UHGV virus genome: UHGV-1351772
DNA length: 64,000 nt
Reading direction: 5' to 3' (one strand)
Origin: a virus
The notes under the pieces: generated by a model
What the model was told of the DNA's origin: nothing
Databases searched by the model: none
The model's input: the letters and a program-made list of their open reading frames with translations, nothing else
Part shown: in pieces, positions 8,385 to 17,927 of the stretch
How positions within the stretch are numbered: position 1 is the stretch's first letter
How the letters are laid out: each line of letters begins with the position of its first letter
Position numbers and translations under genes: made by a program

Positions 8385-10556
8385 GTGGACGCTAGATCAG
8401 CTAACGACTCAAGCTGGGTCAGAAATCTATTTAAGGGAGAGTTGGAAGGCCGAGATGAACGTTTTCTGGCCTTGCGACGCTACTCTAACGGTATGATGTC
8501 TTTTGAAGATACGACCATGGGCGGTAGCAAAGCGATTAATAGCCCTCCACAGTTTACGTGGTTTGCAGACCCCCCATCAACAGGGGCATTTGCACGACCC
8601 GGTAATCGTGAAGCGGAGAAAAAGGCGTTGGCTAACGGTATGCCAACCTCTTCTTATCGCTTAGGGACGTATTATTACGAAAGCATTAACCAAAATTCGT
8701 TTTACGTACATTGTCGCTTCGGCAAGCCGAAATATCTGGGAATGGCCGCATTCTTTGCGAATATGTACGATTCCAACTTAGCGTATTTAGCGCGTACGGG
8801 CGATTATCCGGGAATGATCCGCACGATAGCAAGTTATATCGGTGCGGCAGCGATATGGGCCACTGTAGGCACTGTCGCTTTTGCGGTAATTTTAATTACT
8901 CCTCGCATTCTCGCAGCAGCGTTGAATAAACAAACGTCGCGTTACTATTACGTTAAACCGACGATGCATCTGTATTTGCGTGCTGTACAGAACATCTTGA
9001 ATACGCAGCTTGTTTATCGTCGTTTGGTTCCCACGGGTATCTTAGGTACCTTCCAGGTTAGTCAAGACGGCGATGGAAAAGGGAACAAAAAAGCACGTGA
9101 TGATGCTTTTGAAGCGTTGCCGGAGGTTTGGAAAAAAGACGGTGAATTCGATGTCTTTAAGATGATCAACCGTTATCAAACCCTGGCGAACTATCAGAAT
9201 CAACGTTTAAAAGAACTTCGTAAGCAGTCCTCAAGTGACGATGATTTCGCCGAGCGGATACGAAATTTCTATTTGGACAGCACATATGGTGCGGCTTCGT
9301 ATTCTGACGATGTGAGAAATTACGAAGTTTCTTTGCAAGACATGGAGCGGTTAGCTGCATCCGAGCGCGGTGGCTATGCGGCGAAAGACGCGTCGGGCAA
9401 AGATATTAATAGTGTTGATGAACTGGAAAAAGGGGTTCTCGATGCGTTTAGTTCCGGGCTACAAACTGGGGGAACGGCAAGCGACCTAGAGGCGCAGGCG
9501 GCAGAAATCCAAAACAAAATGAACGAGGATTTGGAAAATGCCGATGCGAGTAACCTCACCGAGGGACAACAGATTACGATACAGTCCTGGGCGGATAAAG
9601 GTAAAGAATCGACTATGGAGACGTTCTTCGGCGACTTTGTTAAAGTGGTTGGCGAACAGATTGAAGGGATTAAAGCACAGGCGCTGTCCGAAATCTACAA
9701 CGGTTCTCAGTGGGTAACCTGGAGAATCGATGGGAAGGACACCGTCTCTCGTTCGTTCTCTAACTCTACAAAAGAGCCGGAGATCTCTAGCACAGTTAAC
9801 TCAATGACAGCGAAAGCTCGTCAACTTGAAGTAAACTTGTCCGGCGGGCAAACCGGCTTCAACGCGGTCGATTCATTAATTACGGGCTTTAAGTCCGTAA
9901 TGCGTGGGTTAGCAGATACGTTGCATCTAACGGGGATTATGTCGTTATATAATTCATCCGTCATTGACTTCCCAGAGGTGTGGGACAGTTCAGATGCCTC
10001 GGGCGATGATATTAACTTGACAATACCTTTACGTGCATGGTCTGGAAGTGACCTGGATATCTTCCAGGAAATTCTAGTGCCACTATCCTTTTGGATCGCC
10101 GCAGTATGTCCAATTGCGACAGGTAAACAATCGTTCACTCATCCGTTTTATCTGGAGTGTTACTCGCAAGGTCGATTCTCGTTCCGTAATGCTATCGTAA
10201 CATCTTTGTCTTTACAATTCGGTGTGGGTGGTTTAGGTTGGCGACCAGGTGATTCTGTTCCACTGTCTTGTGATATCAATGTTACCATCCGTGATTTGTC
10301 GCGTGTGATGTATATGCCCATCGTTACAGACACAGGTGTTTGGGACGACGATAATAAATTCAGTGAGTTTATGGCGTGTTTGGGTGCAGCGACGTTGTAC
10401 GAACGTACGAACGGTATAGAGCGTGCCAAGATCCAAGGAAGCATTTGGGCGCAGAACTGGGCATCTGCGTGGTCACAGGGCAGTTTTATTAACTCTGCGT
10501 TTGATGTGCTTCCAGCACGCCAGATCGCGAACATCTTCTTGCCGCAAGCACGTTAA
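8385..10556 (+). CDS. Hypothetical protein, 723 aa, probable virion/tail protein (one predicted TM segment)
   Basis: GTG start at 8385 with AGAGG upstream; long ORF co-directional with and immediately after the giant virion gene; hydrophobic stretch AAIWATVGTVAFAVILITPRILAAAL. Confidence 0.65.
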   Translation: MDARSANDSSWVRNLFKGELEGRDERFLALRRYSNGMMSFEDTTMGGSKAINSPPQFTWFADPPSTGAFARPGNREAEKKALANGMPTSSYRLGTYYYESINQNSFYVHCRFGKPKYLGMAAFFANMYDSNLAYLARTGDYPGMIRTIASYIGAAAIWATVGTVAFAVILITPRILAAALNKQTSRYYYVKPTMHLYLRAVQNILNTQLVYRRLVPTGILGTFQVSQDGDGKGNKKARDDAFEALPEVWKKDGEFDVFKMINRYQTLANYQNQRLKELRKQSSSDDDFAERIRNFYLDSTYGAASYSDDVRNYEVSLQDMERLAASERGGYAAKDASGKDINSVDELEKGVLDAFSSGLQTGGTASDLEAQAAEIQNKMNEDLENADASNLTEGQQITIQSWADKGKESTMETFFGDFVKVVGEQIEGIKAQALSEIYNGSQWVTWRIDGKDTVSRSFSNSTKEPEISSTVNSMTAKARQLEVNLSGGQTGFNAVDSLITGFKSVMRGLADTLHLTGIMSLYNSSVIDFPEVWDSSDASGDDINLTIPLRAWSGSDLDIFQEILVPLSFWIAAVCPIATGKQSFTHPFYLECYSQGRFSFRNAIVTSLSLQFGVGGLGWRPGDSVPLSCDINVTIRDLSRVMYMPIVTDTGVWDDDNKFSEFMACLGAATLYERTNGIERAKIQGSIWAQNWASAWSQGSFINSAFDVLPARQIANIFLPQAR

Positions 10557-10572
10557 TGTTTGAGAGGAAATA

Positions 10573-11136
10573 ATGGCTAATACGCTATTAGGTAAATCAG
10601 GAAAACAACTGGTTTATGAGTTATTAGTAAAAAAGAATCCTGGTTTGGTAGAGAAAGGTATTACAATCGATAAGTTGAATTTTGGTACACCGTCACATAT
10701 TCCTGCGGTAGAAACACCAGAAACCCAATTTACACGATTAAATACCCAACTTAGCGTCCAGGGAATTATTGAACAGAAAACGTTTGGTAAAATCGACGTT
10801 ATTTATCGTCGATTGGATTTAGAGCACCTCTTAGGTGACTTTGTAGTTTCTGTTGCGGGTGTTAATGCGGCTACGGTATCTGAGGTACTACAGCTTTTCC
10901 GCAATAAGTACAATTTACAGATTACCGACGATGAAGTTGAGAACCCAACAGCTGCACCAGACAGCAAAGATAAAACCATCATTATCATGAATGGGACATC
11001 TTTGGCATGGACAGGGCGGCTGGAAGTGTACTTAACAGAGCTGCCGTCCGACGGTAAGGATATTTCGAAGTTGATTAAAGTCACTGAACTTGACGGTTTG
11101 ACGTATATCTCTTCTGGGATTGTTCCAGGCGCTTAA
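10573..11136 (+). CDS. Hypothetical protein, 187 aa
   Basis: ATG with GAGG upstream, 16 nt after previous stop; last gene of plus-strand module before terminator. Confidence 0.65.
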   Translation: MANTLLGKSGKQLVYELLVKKNPGLVEKGITIDKLNFGTPSHIPAVETPETQFTRLNTQLSVQGIIEQKTFGKIDVIYRRLDLEHLLGDFVVSVAGVNAATVSEVLQLFRNKYNLQITDDEVENPTAAPDSKDKTIIIMNGTSLAWTGRLEVYLTELPSDGKDISKLIKVTELDGLTYISSGIVPGA

Positions 11137-11157
11137 AAAAGAAAAAAAATAAGAAAG

Positions 11158-11192
11158 TCTACCTACCTCCGAAAGGAGGTAGGTACTTTTAT
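11158..11192. terminator. Bidirectional rho-independent terminator between convergent modules
   Basis: TACCTACCTCC-GAAA-GGAGGTAGGTA stem with T-run on plus side (CTTTTATTTATTT) and A-run upstream (U-run on minus strand). Confidence 0.75.
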
Positions 11193-12023
11193 TTATTTCG
11201 CCAGATCTGCTTCTTTTACAAAGATACCGTCGGCGTTCAGATAACCTTTACGGTCTTTGATTTCGTGCCAGGCCAAAGAGAAACAATGGCGAATGTTAAG
11301 ACGATAATAGAGAGCGAGTCGCGCAAGACGATGTAAAGCCCAACCTAACGTAACAGTACCCAGTTCAGTACGTAAGAACGCAGTAGCGAAGATTTCGGTA
11401 GCCTCTAAATACAACTGGTGTGGATATTTGGTATCGTTTAAACGTTCTTCAACGTCAGCGACATCATCTACCTGCAATTGTAAACCGCGTTCGATGACTT
11501 CAGCGGTTGTCATTCCGCCAGTCACTCTGTCCTTATCCAGTTCCAGGATGTTTACCAGAACCACCAACGCATCGCCGATGCCGTCCATGATCAGTTCAGG
11601 TTTGTTTTTGCTGATACCTGTTGCAATCTCACCAAATTCTTCATAGAACTTTGTGATTTGAGTTTCCAGTTTACCGTTGTCGAGAATACCACGTTCTTTA
11701 GACCAACCTTTAACACGTTCTACACAGTTTTCAATAGAGTAGACCGGAACAGATTCTGTATGCATTACCGTGCCGTTGTAAACAGCATCGGTAAGCTTAA
11801 TAGGCGCTACAATTGTTTCGATGTCCAGTTCTTGATTACCGGTGTGACGTTTACCTTCTACACGAATACGGTTGGTACCAGGGTTTACACCAATTGTGTA
11901 AATAGCATCGAACTGTACTGCATTCTCATTCAGAGCGCGCAGTTGTGCGTTAACTTCTTCCAGGTGCTGACCAGGATTAACCACGATGTTGTAAATAGTG
12001 TTGATGTCAAAACGTTCGCCCAT
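11193..12023 (-). CDS. Putative MazG-like all-alpha nucleoside triphosphate pyrophosphohydrolase
   Basis: 276 aa; EEFGE ... DGIGDALVVLVNILE resembles the EExxE...D motifs of the MazG/dimeric dUTPase-like family; GGAG SD upstream of ATG 12023. Confidence 0.45.
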   Translation of the reverse strand: MGERFDINTIYNIVVNPGQHLEEVNAQLRALNENAVQFDAIYTIGVNPGTNRIRVEGKRHTGNQELDIETIVAPIKLTDAVYNGTVMHTESVPVYSIENCVERVKGWSKERGILDNGKLETQITKFYEEFGEIATGISKNKPELIMDGIGDALVVLVNILELDKDRVTGGMTTAEVIERGLQLQVDDVADVEERLNDTKYPHQLYLEATEIFATAFLRTELGTVTLGWALHRLARLALYYRLNIRHCFSLAWHEIKDRKGYLNADGIFVKEADLAK

Positions 12024-12044
12024 CTTAAAACTCCATTAGTTTAA

Positions 12045-12084
12045 ACAAAAAGAATAAGGATTAGGGGTGCTACATAAGCACCCC
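12045..12084 (-). terminator. Rho-independent terminator (minus strand)
   Basis: GGGGTGC-TACATAA-GCACCCC hairpin followed on minus strand by a U-rich tract. Confidence 0.55.
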
Positions 12085-12092
12085 ATGAACTG

Positions 12093-12455
12093 TTAAATTT
12101 TGCAAGCCCCGCCTGAGCAGTTATCGTCTTCCGTGGTTGGATCAGCACCCTTCTCTACGGTAGCTTCCGGGTCTAACCCAGGGATTGCAAATTCGTCAGT
12201 TTCTTTAACGTTTTCTACTTTAACTTCTTCAGACATTTTAGTTCCCAAATTTCTTACAAAGGGGTTAACAGTTTTGATTTTAAGATTGGCAAATGGTGAT
12301 AGTAGCATTGCCAACCGTGGTAGACTTGGCGGTGCCTCTTTATATTGTACAACGCGCACCTTCGACCTACCAGGACCCTTACGTACACGGTTGTAGCCAA
12401 TAAAATATACAGTACCTGTAAAGTATCTAAGGCTGTGAAAGCGTGGTTTCTTCAT
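12093..12455 (-). CDS. Hypothetical small protein (120 aa from ATG 12455; alternative start 12236 gives 47 aa)
   Basis: AAGGAAG SD upstream of ATG 12455; basic N-terminal half, acidic C-terminal half ending CSGGACKI. Start uncertain. Confidence 0.35.
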   Translation of the reverse strand: MKKPRFHSLRYFTGTVYFIGYNRVRKGPGRSKVRVVQYKEAPPSLPRLAMLLSPFANLKIKTVNPFVRNLGTKMSEEVKVENVKETDEFAIPGLDPEATVEKGADPTTEDDNCSGGACKI

Positions 12456-12575
12456 CGCACTTCCTTTTCGACAACTAACCCATTAAATGTATTACGACGT
12501 CTTTAGTTACTGAGTTTGCCAGTAAGCGGAAGAACTTCATGTAACGGAAAATGCTAAAGAAAACCCCAGCGTTAT

Positions 12576-12920
12576 CTACAATAACAAGACTGTATTTTTC
12601 TTTTCTGTACCCATTTGGTAACCGATGATTTGAGTGATACTCTTCGGTAAGTCTTCGAGACCCAAACGGAATAGCACATCGTCCTCTAAGAACCCTTTTG
12701 GATTAACGAACAATACTTTCCCTTTATGGTTCTTAGCTAACTCGACAGCAAAGTCTGTAAGTCCTGTCTGTCTACCTGTACCGTAGCGGATAGTACGGAA
12801 CTCAGATAAAGCTTTGGCTCCATAACGATCGGTAAACGGATTATCTTTAGAATCCAGATCAGTTAAACCTTTTGATAATTCTTCTACTACGATGTTATAG
12901 TTAACATGAGTTTTAGACAT
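12576..12920 (-). CDS. Hypothetical protein, 114 aa
   Basis: ATG 12920 with AAAGGA SD; no recognised motif. Confidence 0.6.
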   Translation of the reverse strand: MSKTHVNYNIVVEELSKGLTDLDSKDNPFTDRYGAKALSEFRTIRYGTGRQTGLTDFAVELAKNHKGKVLFVNPKGFLEDDVLFRLGLEDLPKSITQIIGYQMGTEKKNTVLLL

Positions 12921-12954
12921 TTCATTGTTCCTTTTAATTACAAGCGAAATAACT

Positions 12955-13251
12955 TTATTGAAAATCTCGTTTGGCCTTGCTGATGATTTGAGATATTCGG
13001 CTTGGCGTCACTCCGTGTATTTCGGCCAATTTCTTGTTACTTAGGCCACCCAATTTACCAACAAGAATATTCAATACACGTAAGTCTTTTAACGTTGCCG
13101 AAATCTTTTCTAAGATTTCGATATCAGCTTGATCAAACTTACCTTTGGTCTGCAATGCTATCCCAGCACGCTCGGTAATAGTTTTTAGCTCAGCTAATCG
13201 ACTAATGCCGAAAGAAGTTAACTCCGCGTACGATTTCTCATTAATCATCAT
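12955..13251 (-). CDS. Small helix-turn-helix protein with sigma-70 region-4-like motif (putative transcription regulator)
   Basis: 98 aa; C-terminal LSNKKLAEIHGVTPSRISQIISKAKRD resembles the region 4.2 HTH of sigma-70 family and LuxR-type regulators. Confidence 0.5.
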   Translation of the reverse strand: MMINEKSYAELTSFGISRLAELKTITERAGIALQTKGKFDQADIEILEKISATLKDLRVLNILVGKLGGLSNKKLAEIHGVTPSRISQIISKAKRDFQ

Positions 13252-13258
13252 GTACCCC

Positions 13259-14293
13259 TTAGACAGCTATGGGAGCTTTAATTGTGTCGTGCGATTGATA
13301 TCCAACCAATTCGAAGTCTTCGAATTTGTAATCGAAGATGGAATCAGGTTTACGTTTGATAACCAGTTTAGGTAGCGGGTAAGGTTCGCGAGTAAGTTGA
13401 AGTTTTGCCTGCTCCAGATGGTTAGAGTAAAGATGAACATCTACGCCACTATAAACCAACTCGTCTGGAACCATATTGAGTTGTTGAGCAATCATGTGAG
13501 TTAACAACGCGTAAGAAGCGACGTTAAACGGTGCGCCAAGTAGGTAATCGTTGCTCCGCATCATGTAAAAACACGAAAGTTTACGACGAGGGATACCTTC
13601 ACGATCTAAGGTTTCATGAAGTCGTTCTTCGTTATCGATATCTTCGTGGTTAATAAGCGGTGCGTTCGCAAACTTTTCCGGTTCGTTTACTTCGTACCAA
13701 TCCAGTCGTTCAAGCAACGTCATTTCTGTTGTGTAAAATTGGAAATAGTTGTGACATGGATTGAGTGCCATATCGTCCAGGTCACCTACATTCCAGGCAC
13801 TAACGATAATACGGCGGGAGTCAGGGTCTTCACGAAGTTGTTGGATAACTTTACTGATCTGGTCATGTGCTTTTTCATAAACCAAATACGTCGTACTATC
13901 TTCCTTCATATTCCCGATATACTTGTAACCCCGCTGCATTAGTTGTTGTGTACGTCTTACGTCATGACACTCCACAACTTTACAGTCGCGCCATTCCCGC
14001 CACTGGTGTCCGTAGACAGGACCTAAATTCCCTTCTTCATTCGCCCAAGCATCCCAGATTTTTACCCCGTTCTCTTGCAGGTACTTCACGTTAGTGTCAC
14101 CGTTTAAGAACCACAATAGTTCATGAATGATACTTTTCAGGTGAACCTTTTTCGTAGTAACTAATGGGAAACCTTCTTTCAGGTCAAAACGTAGTTGACG
14201 ACCAAATACAGAAAGTGTCCCTACACCTGTGCGGTCTTTCTTGACAACACCGTTATCCAGAATGTCTTGCATTAACGCTAAATACTGTTTCAT
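13259..14293 (-). CDS. thyA: Thymidylate synthase family enzyme (ThyA-like) with two ~40-aa insertions
   Basis: 344 aa; near-colinear with E. coli ThyA: [37 protein letters not shown] catalytic Cys, [20 protein letters not shown] (Asn of PFN retained), C-terminal KAPIAV. Extra segments after HQWREW and after FQFYTTEM. Confidence 0.9.
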   Translation of the reverse strand: MKQYLALMQDILDNGVVKKDRTGVGTLSVFGRQLRFDLKEGFPLVTTKKVHLKSIIHELLWFLNGDTNVKYLQENGVKIWDAWANEEGNLGPVYGHQWREWRDCKVVECHDVRRTQQLMQRGYKYIGNMKEDSTTYLVYEKAHDQISKVIQQLREDPDSRRIIVSAWNVGDLDDMALNPCHNYFQFYTTEMTLLERLDWYEVNEPEKFANAPLINHEDIDNEERLHETLDREGIPRRKLSCFYMMRSNDYLLGAPFNVASYALLTHMIAQQLNMVPDELVYSGVDVHLYSNHLEQAKLQLTREPYPLPKLVIKRKPDSIFDYKFEDFELVGYQSHDTIKAPIAV

Positions 14294-14610
14294 TTGTTAT
14301 TATTCCCCATTCGTTTCGTTAAAATGTCTAAATTACGTTGCGCTTGCTCAGGACTAAAAATAATGTTTTCCTGGCTATACGTTACATGGAAATGTTTTTT
14401 GTTAACAATCTCAACCTTAAGGCCACGAACTTCGAATTGCCGTTTAGCCTCTTCAACCTTTTTTGGTGAGATTCTAAGAAGACCCGGAAATAGTTCGTCT
14501 GCAGGAACGTAGTATTTGATTTCCTTAGTTTCGGGAATTAATTCGATTCTATCTAAACTGACGCTTATAATCTCGTCAATCTTTTTCTTTATATTGTCGT
14601 TCACAGTCAT
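14290..14610 (-). CDS. Hypothetical protein, 106 aa
   Basis: ATGA start/stop overlap with thyA-like gene (translational coupling). Confidence 0.6.
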   Translation of the reverse strand: MTVNDNIKKKIDEIISVSLDRIELIPETKEIKYYVPADELFPGLLRISPKKVEEAKRQFEVRGLKVEIVNKKHFHVTYSQENIIFSPEQAQRNLDILTKRMGNNNK

Positions 14611-14918
14611 TAGATTTTGTCCTTTTCGAGTTCAGTTAAAATTTCAAATAGGTCTGCGTTGGACTGCAGTACGATTTCACTGCCTTCTGCTACAACGGTA
14701 ATTGAAGGCTTCTTACCACGTAGCAAGAACTCCCAACGCATTGTTCTTACGTGGCTGTCGAGTAACTGCTTTAATTTGTGGTTAACTTCGACTTCCAATT
14801 TGCCCAGTAACTGAGGTGTAATAGCTTCGCCTGAGTTTTTGTTATAAAGTGTACGCACTAAAGAACGTAAAGAATAACCAATGCACTGCGAAATTGCCCA
14901 ACCCGAATAGTTTTCCAT
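14610..14918 (-). CDS. Hypothetical protein, 102 aa
   Basis: AAGGA SD; TAATG overlap with downstream gene. Confidence 0.6.
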   Translation of the reverse strand: MENYSGWAISQCIGYSLRSLVRTLYNKNSGEAITPQLLGKLEVEVNHKLKQLLDSHVRTMRWEFLLRGKKPSITVVAEGSEIVLQSNADLFEILTELEKDKI

Positions 14919-14919
14919 G

Positions 14920-15465
14920 TTAATCCTTCAAAATGTCTTTAAGCTTTAGTTTTGTATAGAACGGAGAACTGCTTAGTTCTTCTGTCCAACTTATACGTCC
15001 GTTCTGTAGAACCCGGTCGAAGATTAGGCCGTTCATCTTTACAATTCTAGCCAACTGATAAAAGAGCGTCGTGAGGTGTAGTCGACGCTCCATTTGTGCG
15101 CGTGCGGTACAACTACGTACCGCTTTGATAGCAAGTACCGCTTCCGGCATCAACGTCACCGCGATTGTCTCAGGATGTTCGTTTTTCCATTTCTTAATGG
15201 CTAGTAGTCTGTGTAACGATTTTTCAAGGGGACGTAAATCCCCGTTATTCATCACGTAAACCAAAGCAGCAAGATCCCACAAGGCAATACCTACTGCTTT
15301 AGCAACAAACAGCCCGTCGTGTGTTGTCGTGGATTCACAGACTTTGCCAATACTTCCGTAAACACGTGCAGTCCATGCGTCTGTCTGTTCGCCAGGTTTT
15401 ATACCCGCGTTATCCAGAAAGTGTTTAAACGCATTAACGTGTTCAGTTAACTGTATTTGTTTCAT
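14920..15465 (-). CDS. Hypothetical protein, 181 aa
   Basis: ORF in co-directional array; weak SD. Confidence 0.55.
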   Translation of the reverse strand: MKQIQLTEHVNAFKHFLDNAGIKPGEQTDAWTARVYGSIGKVCESTTTHDGLFVAKAVGIALWDLAALVYVMNNGDLRPLEKSLHRLLAIKKWKNEHPETIAVTLMPEAVLAIKAVRSCTARAQMERRLHLTTLFYQLARIVKMNGLIFDRVLQNGRISWTEELSSSPFYTKLKLKDILKD

Positions 15466-15479
15466 TTCCGATACCCGAT

Positions 15480-15944
15480 TTAGTCACGAGACTTTATTTT
15501 AAGGTACGCAACCGCAGCTCCCATGATTGCAATACCGGCACCCCAACCTATCTTTTCTATTACACTCATATCGTCCCATCTTTTCTCTACGTTACGTCGT
15601 TTGGCCTCTTCTGCCCGTTCTCTCCACATCGCTTCGCGTTCCAGACAGCTGGGATTTATTTCCTCTTCACAACGACGTTTCCGTTCTTCTTCCCCAATCA
15701 GTTCTTCTAAATAGAGTCTCGTTTCTTCCACAGCTTGTTCATAGACGTCTATGTGATCAGGAAGAACTCTCCTGTGAGCGGCTTTGTTGCGAACGGAAGC
15801 AATCATGTGGAGTTTCCGTTCGTATTTTGGTTCGAGAAGATGAGCTATGCTTTTGGTCTTCCCATGAAGCCCATGACCGGTACCGCCGAGTTTTTCCACA
15901 AGTTCTTCTACAGAAATTGCAAGATCGAGAATATATCCACGCAT
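15480..15944 (-). CDS. Putative HEPN-like protein with C-terminal transmembrane anchor
   Basis: Start moved to ATG 15944 (GGAG SD; MRGYILDLAIS...). Contains LHMIASVRNKAAHRR (R-x4-H as in HEPN RNase motifs), a charged coiled-coil-like stretch and C-terminal IGWGAGIAIMGAAVAYLKI. Confidence 0.35.
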   Translation of the reverse strand: MRGYILDLAISVEELVEKLGGTGHGLHGKTKSIAHLLEPKYERKLHMIASVRNKAAHRRVLPDHIDVYEQAVEETRLYLEELIGEEERKRRCEEEINPSCLEREAMWRERAEEAKRRNVEKRWDDMSVIEKIGWGAGIAIMGAAVAYLKIKSRD

Positions 15945-16004
15945 AATTGTTTCTCCGCTTAAACGTAGTCTTGGGAGACATAAGTTTGTTCCCAACTGTA
16001 AAAA

Positions 16005-16373
16005 TCATTTCAACAAAACAAGATGAATTTGGTATTCGTCATCCGCAGGAGAAGAATAATCGCCAGTTACAGGTAACGTTATATCTTCCAGTAGAGCGTG
16101 GAAGGGTAATCCACGAGCAGCCTCAACAATTCGTACAAGCGGAAAACCCGTTCTTTTAATCCAATTGTAATCGACAAACATAACACCGCCAGGATTTTCC
16201 GAACCTTCCCACACACGAATTTCCACAGTCTTTCCCGAAAAGTTGGCCAGAACGGTGCGCAGTCCTAATTGCACATAACGGGGGAAGGGTACTTCAATAA
16301 CTTGTTTTGGTAAAACAAATTCAGGGAATTTAAAACCGAAACCTTTGGGTGTACTAAAAAACTGAGCTTGCAT
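16005..16373 (-). CDS. Hypothetical protein, 122 aa
   Basis: ATG 16373 with AAGGAG SD. Confidence 0.6.
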   Translation of the reverse strand: MQAQFFSTPKGFGFKFPEFVLPKQVIEVPFPRYVQLGLRTVLANFSGKTVEIRVWEGSENPGGVMFVDYNWIKRTGFPLVRIVEAARGLPFHALLEDITLPVTGDYSSPADDEYQIHLVLLK

Positions 16374-16404
16374 GATAATTCTCCTTTAGGGTAAAAAATG
16401 AAAA

Positions 16405-16432
16405 TACCCTACTCCTAGTCAGGAGTAGGGTA
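16405..16432 (-). terminator. Rho-independent terminator, CCCTACTCC-stem family
   Basis: TACCCTACTCCT-AGTC-AGGAGTAGGGTA hairpin, U-run on minus strand downstream; sits 5 nt after stop of 16437-17096. Confidence 0.7.
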
Positions 16433-16436
16433 GATG

Positions 16437-17096
16437 TTACATACGGGTAACTGAATCCCAGTAATCACGAAGATATTCTTGGTCTTCTGGGTCTTTCGGT
16501 GTAGCAGGGATATGACCGTCAAACTCAAACGGAATCACAGACAGAACATCGGCAATCTCGTAACGTTCGACTTCCAGTTCAACTTTCACCCAGTCACCGA
16601 CGCTGGTACTGCTACGCATTTCGGTGAGGAGATCGTTAAAGTCACCCGAAACCTCAATTGCTGGGTGTCCGGTGGTGACAGTGAAAATATCAATATCCCA
16701 ATGCTTAGCACCCTTATCGGCTAATTCACCCGGTTCTAAGTGAATACGTTTCACCAGGTGCGCCAAATAACCGTCCTTGTAAAAAGAGAGTGCAGAACTA
16801 ATCCCGATATCCGAATTCTCTTCAACCTTTCCGTCCAGGAATTTACGCTTAAGCGTTAGCTGTGCTGTACCGTCTTCTTTAATACGGATACGGCGACGCC
16901 CACCTTCTATCGGCATGAGAATGTCCATGAACATCTTAGTGGACTGTGCGTGTAGCCAATCCCATCCCGCTTGCGTAGGTTTAACCCAGACGCAATATTC
17001 CTTTTCCACTTCGCGTTTAATGGATTCGCCCGCAACGCGAATAACCTCTTCTTCCTGCGCTTTTTCCAATTGCGCAAGGGTATCGAATAATCCCAT
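16437..17096 (-). CDS. Hypothetical protein, 219 aa
   Basis: ORF in array; TAATG overlap with upstream gene. Confidence 0.6.
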   Translation of the reverse strand: MGLFDTLAQLEKAQEEEVIRVAGESIKREVEKEYCVWVKPTQAGWDWLHAQSTKMFMDILMPIEGGRRRIRIKEDGTAQLTLKRKFLDGKVEENSDIGISSALSFYKDGYLAHLVKRIHLEPGELADKGAKHWDIDIFTVTTGHPAIEVSGDFNDLLTEMRSSTSVGDWVKVELEVERYEIADVLSVIPFEFDGHIPATPKDPEDQEYLRDYWDSVTRM

Positions 17097-17916
17097 TAGA
17101 TTAATCCCATACTTTCACTGACGCTCGTAATGTCGAACGTTGTGTCGTTAAAGTCGATGTTTTCTACAATAGAAACCACCAGATTAGGAAGCCATTCCGA
17201 ATGGGGTGGTGTAATAACCCGGCCGTTCATAACGTAGTAATGCAAGAACGGTAATCCCATCGAATGGCAGTACGATAACACATTACCTAAGCAGCTTCCG
17301 TCAAACTTCAAGAGTCGGAGCTTACGCAATAATGCGTTTTGAAATGCACCGTTCGCGTAATCGCTAAACTCGCCAGGCCGATAATCCGTGCCCCCGTAGA
17401 TACTCGCCTTTAATCGTCGTCCGTGTTGTATACATTCAGCCCCAGTCAGGGTGCGTAATAAACGGATGTCAGGATATTCAGTTTCCAAACGACCCAAAGC
17501 GTTTATTCCGTAGCCTTTGTAGAACAGATAGTCTACGATCCTTAAATAATGATAGTAGCCTTCTAACGTTAAAAACTGACCGTGAATTGTGTCGAATTTC
17601 GCACCGTTAGGTTGCGCGTAGAAGTTACTGATCATTTTCCCTACGGTAGTACGACCGTTAGAGTAAAGGTTAAGATGGTTGATACCATCGGTAAAAGGGA
17701 GTTTTTCGGGTAACGCACAAACGTAGCCTAAACGACGAAGGTATAGGACATAAACAAAGCGCTCATCAGGAGTAAGCACGATGTTTGACGCGTTAACGTA
17801 TCCATTAGGATTATTTCGCCCAGGTTGATAACCCAGCGTTAATGCCAAAGCTTGATTGTCTTCGCCCTGGCTTTTGATCTTCTTTAATACGGAACGCAGT
17901 AATTGTGGTTCGGACA
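17096..17916 (-). CDS. Putative NADAR (YbiA/DUF1768-like) domain protein
   Basis: Start moved to ATG 17916 (AAGAGG SD; MSEPQLL...). Segment VGKMISNFYAQPNGAKFDTIHGQFLTLEGYYHYLRI and later YANGAFQNALLRKLR resemble by eye the NADAR pattern G.FSNF..P....G..F.T.EHYFQA.K ... G.N.LG..LM.LR. Confidence 0.4.
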
Positions 17917-17927
17917 TAACCGGCCTC

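Noticed and set aside
13259-14293. Inteins or introns as the explanation for the extra segments in the ThyA-like gene
   Set aside because: The insertions are ~40 aa and in frame, with no intein splice-junction residues or endonuclease motifs, and the ORF is continuous, so no intron is needed.
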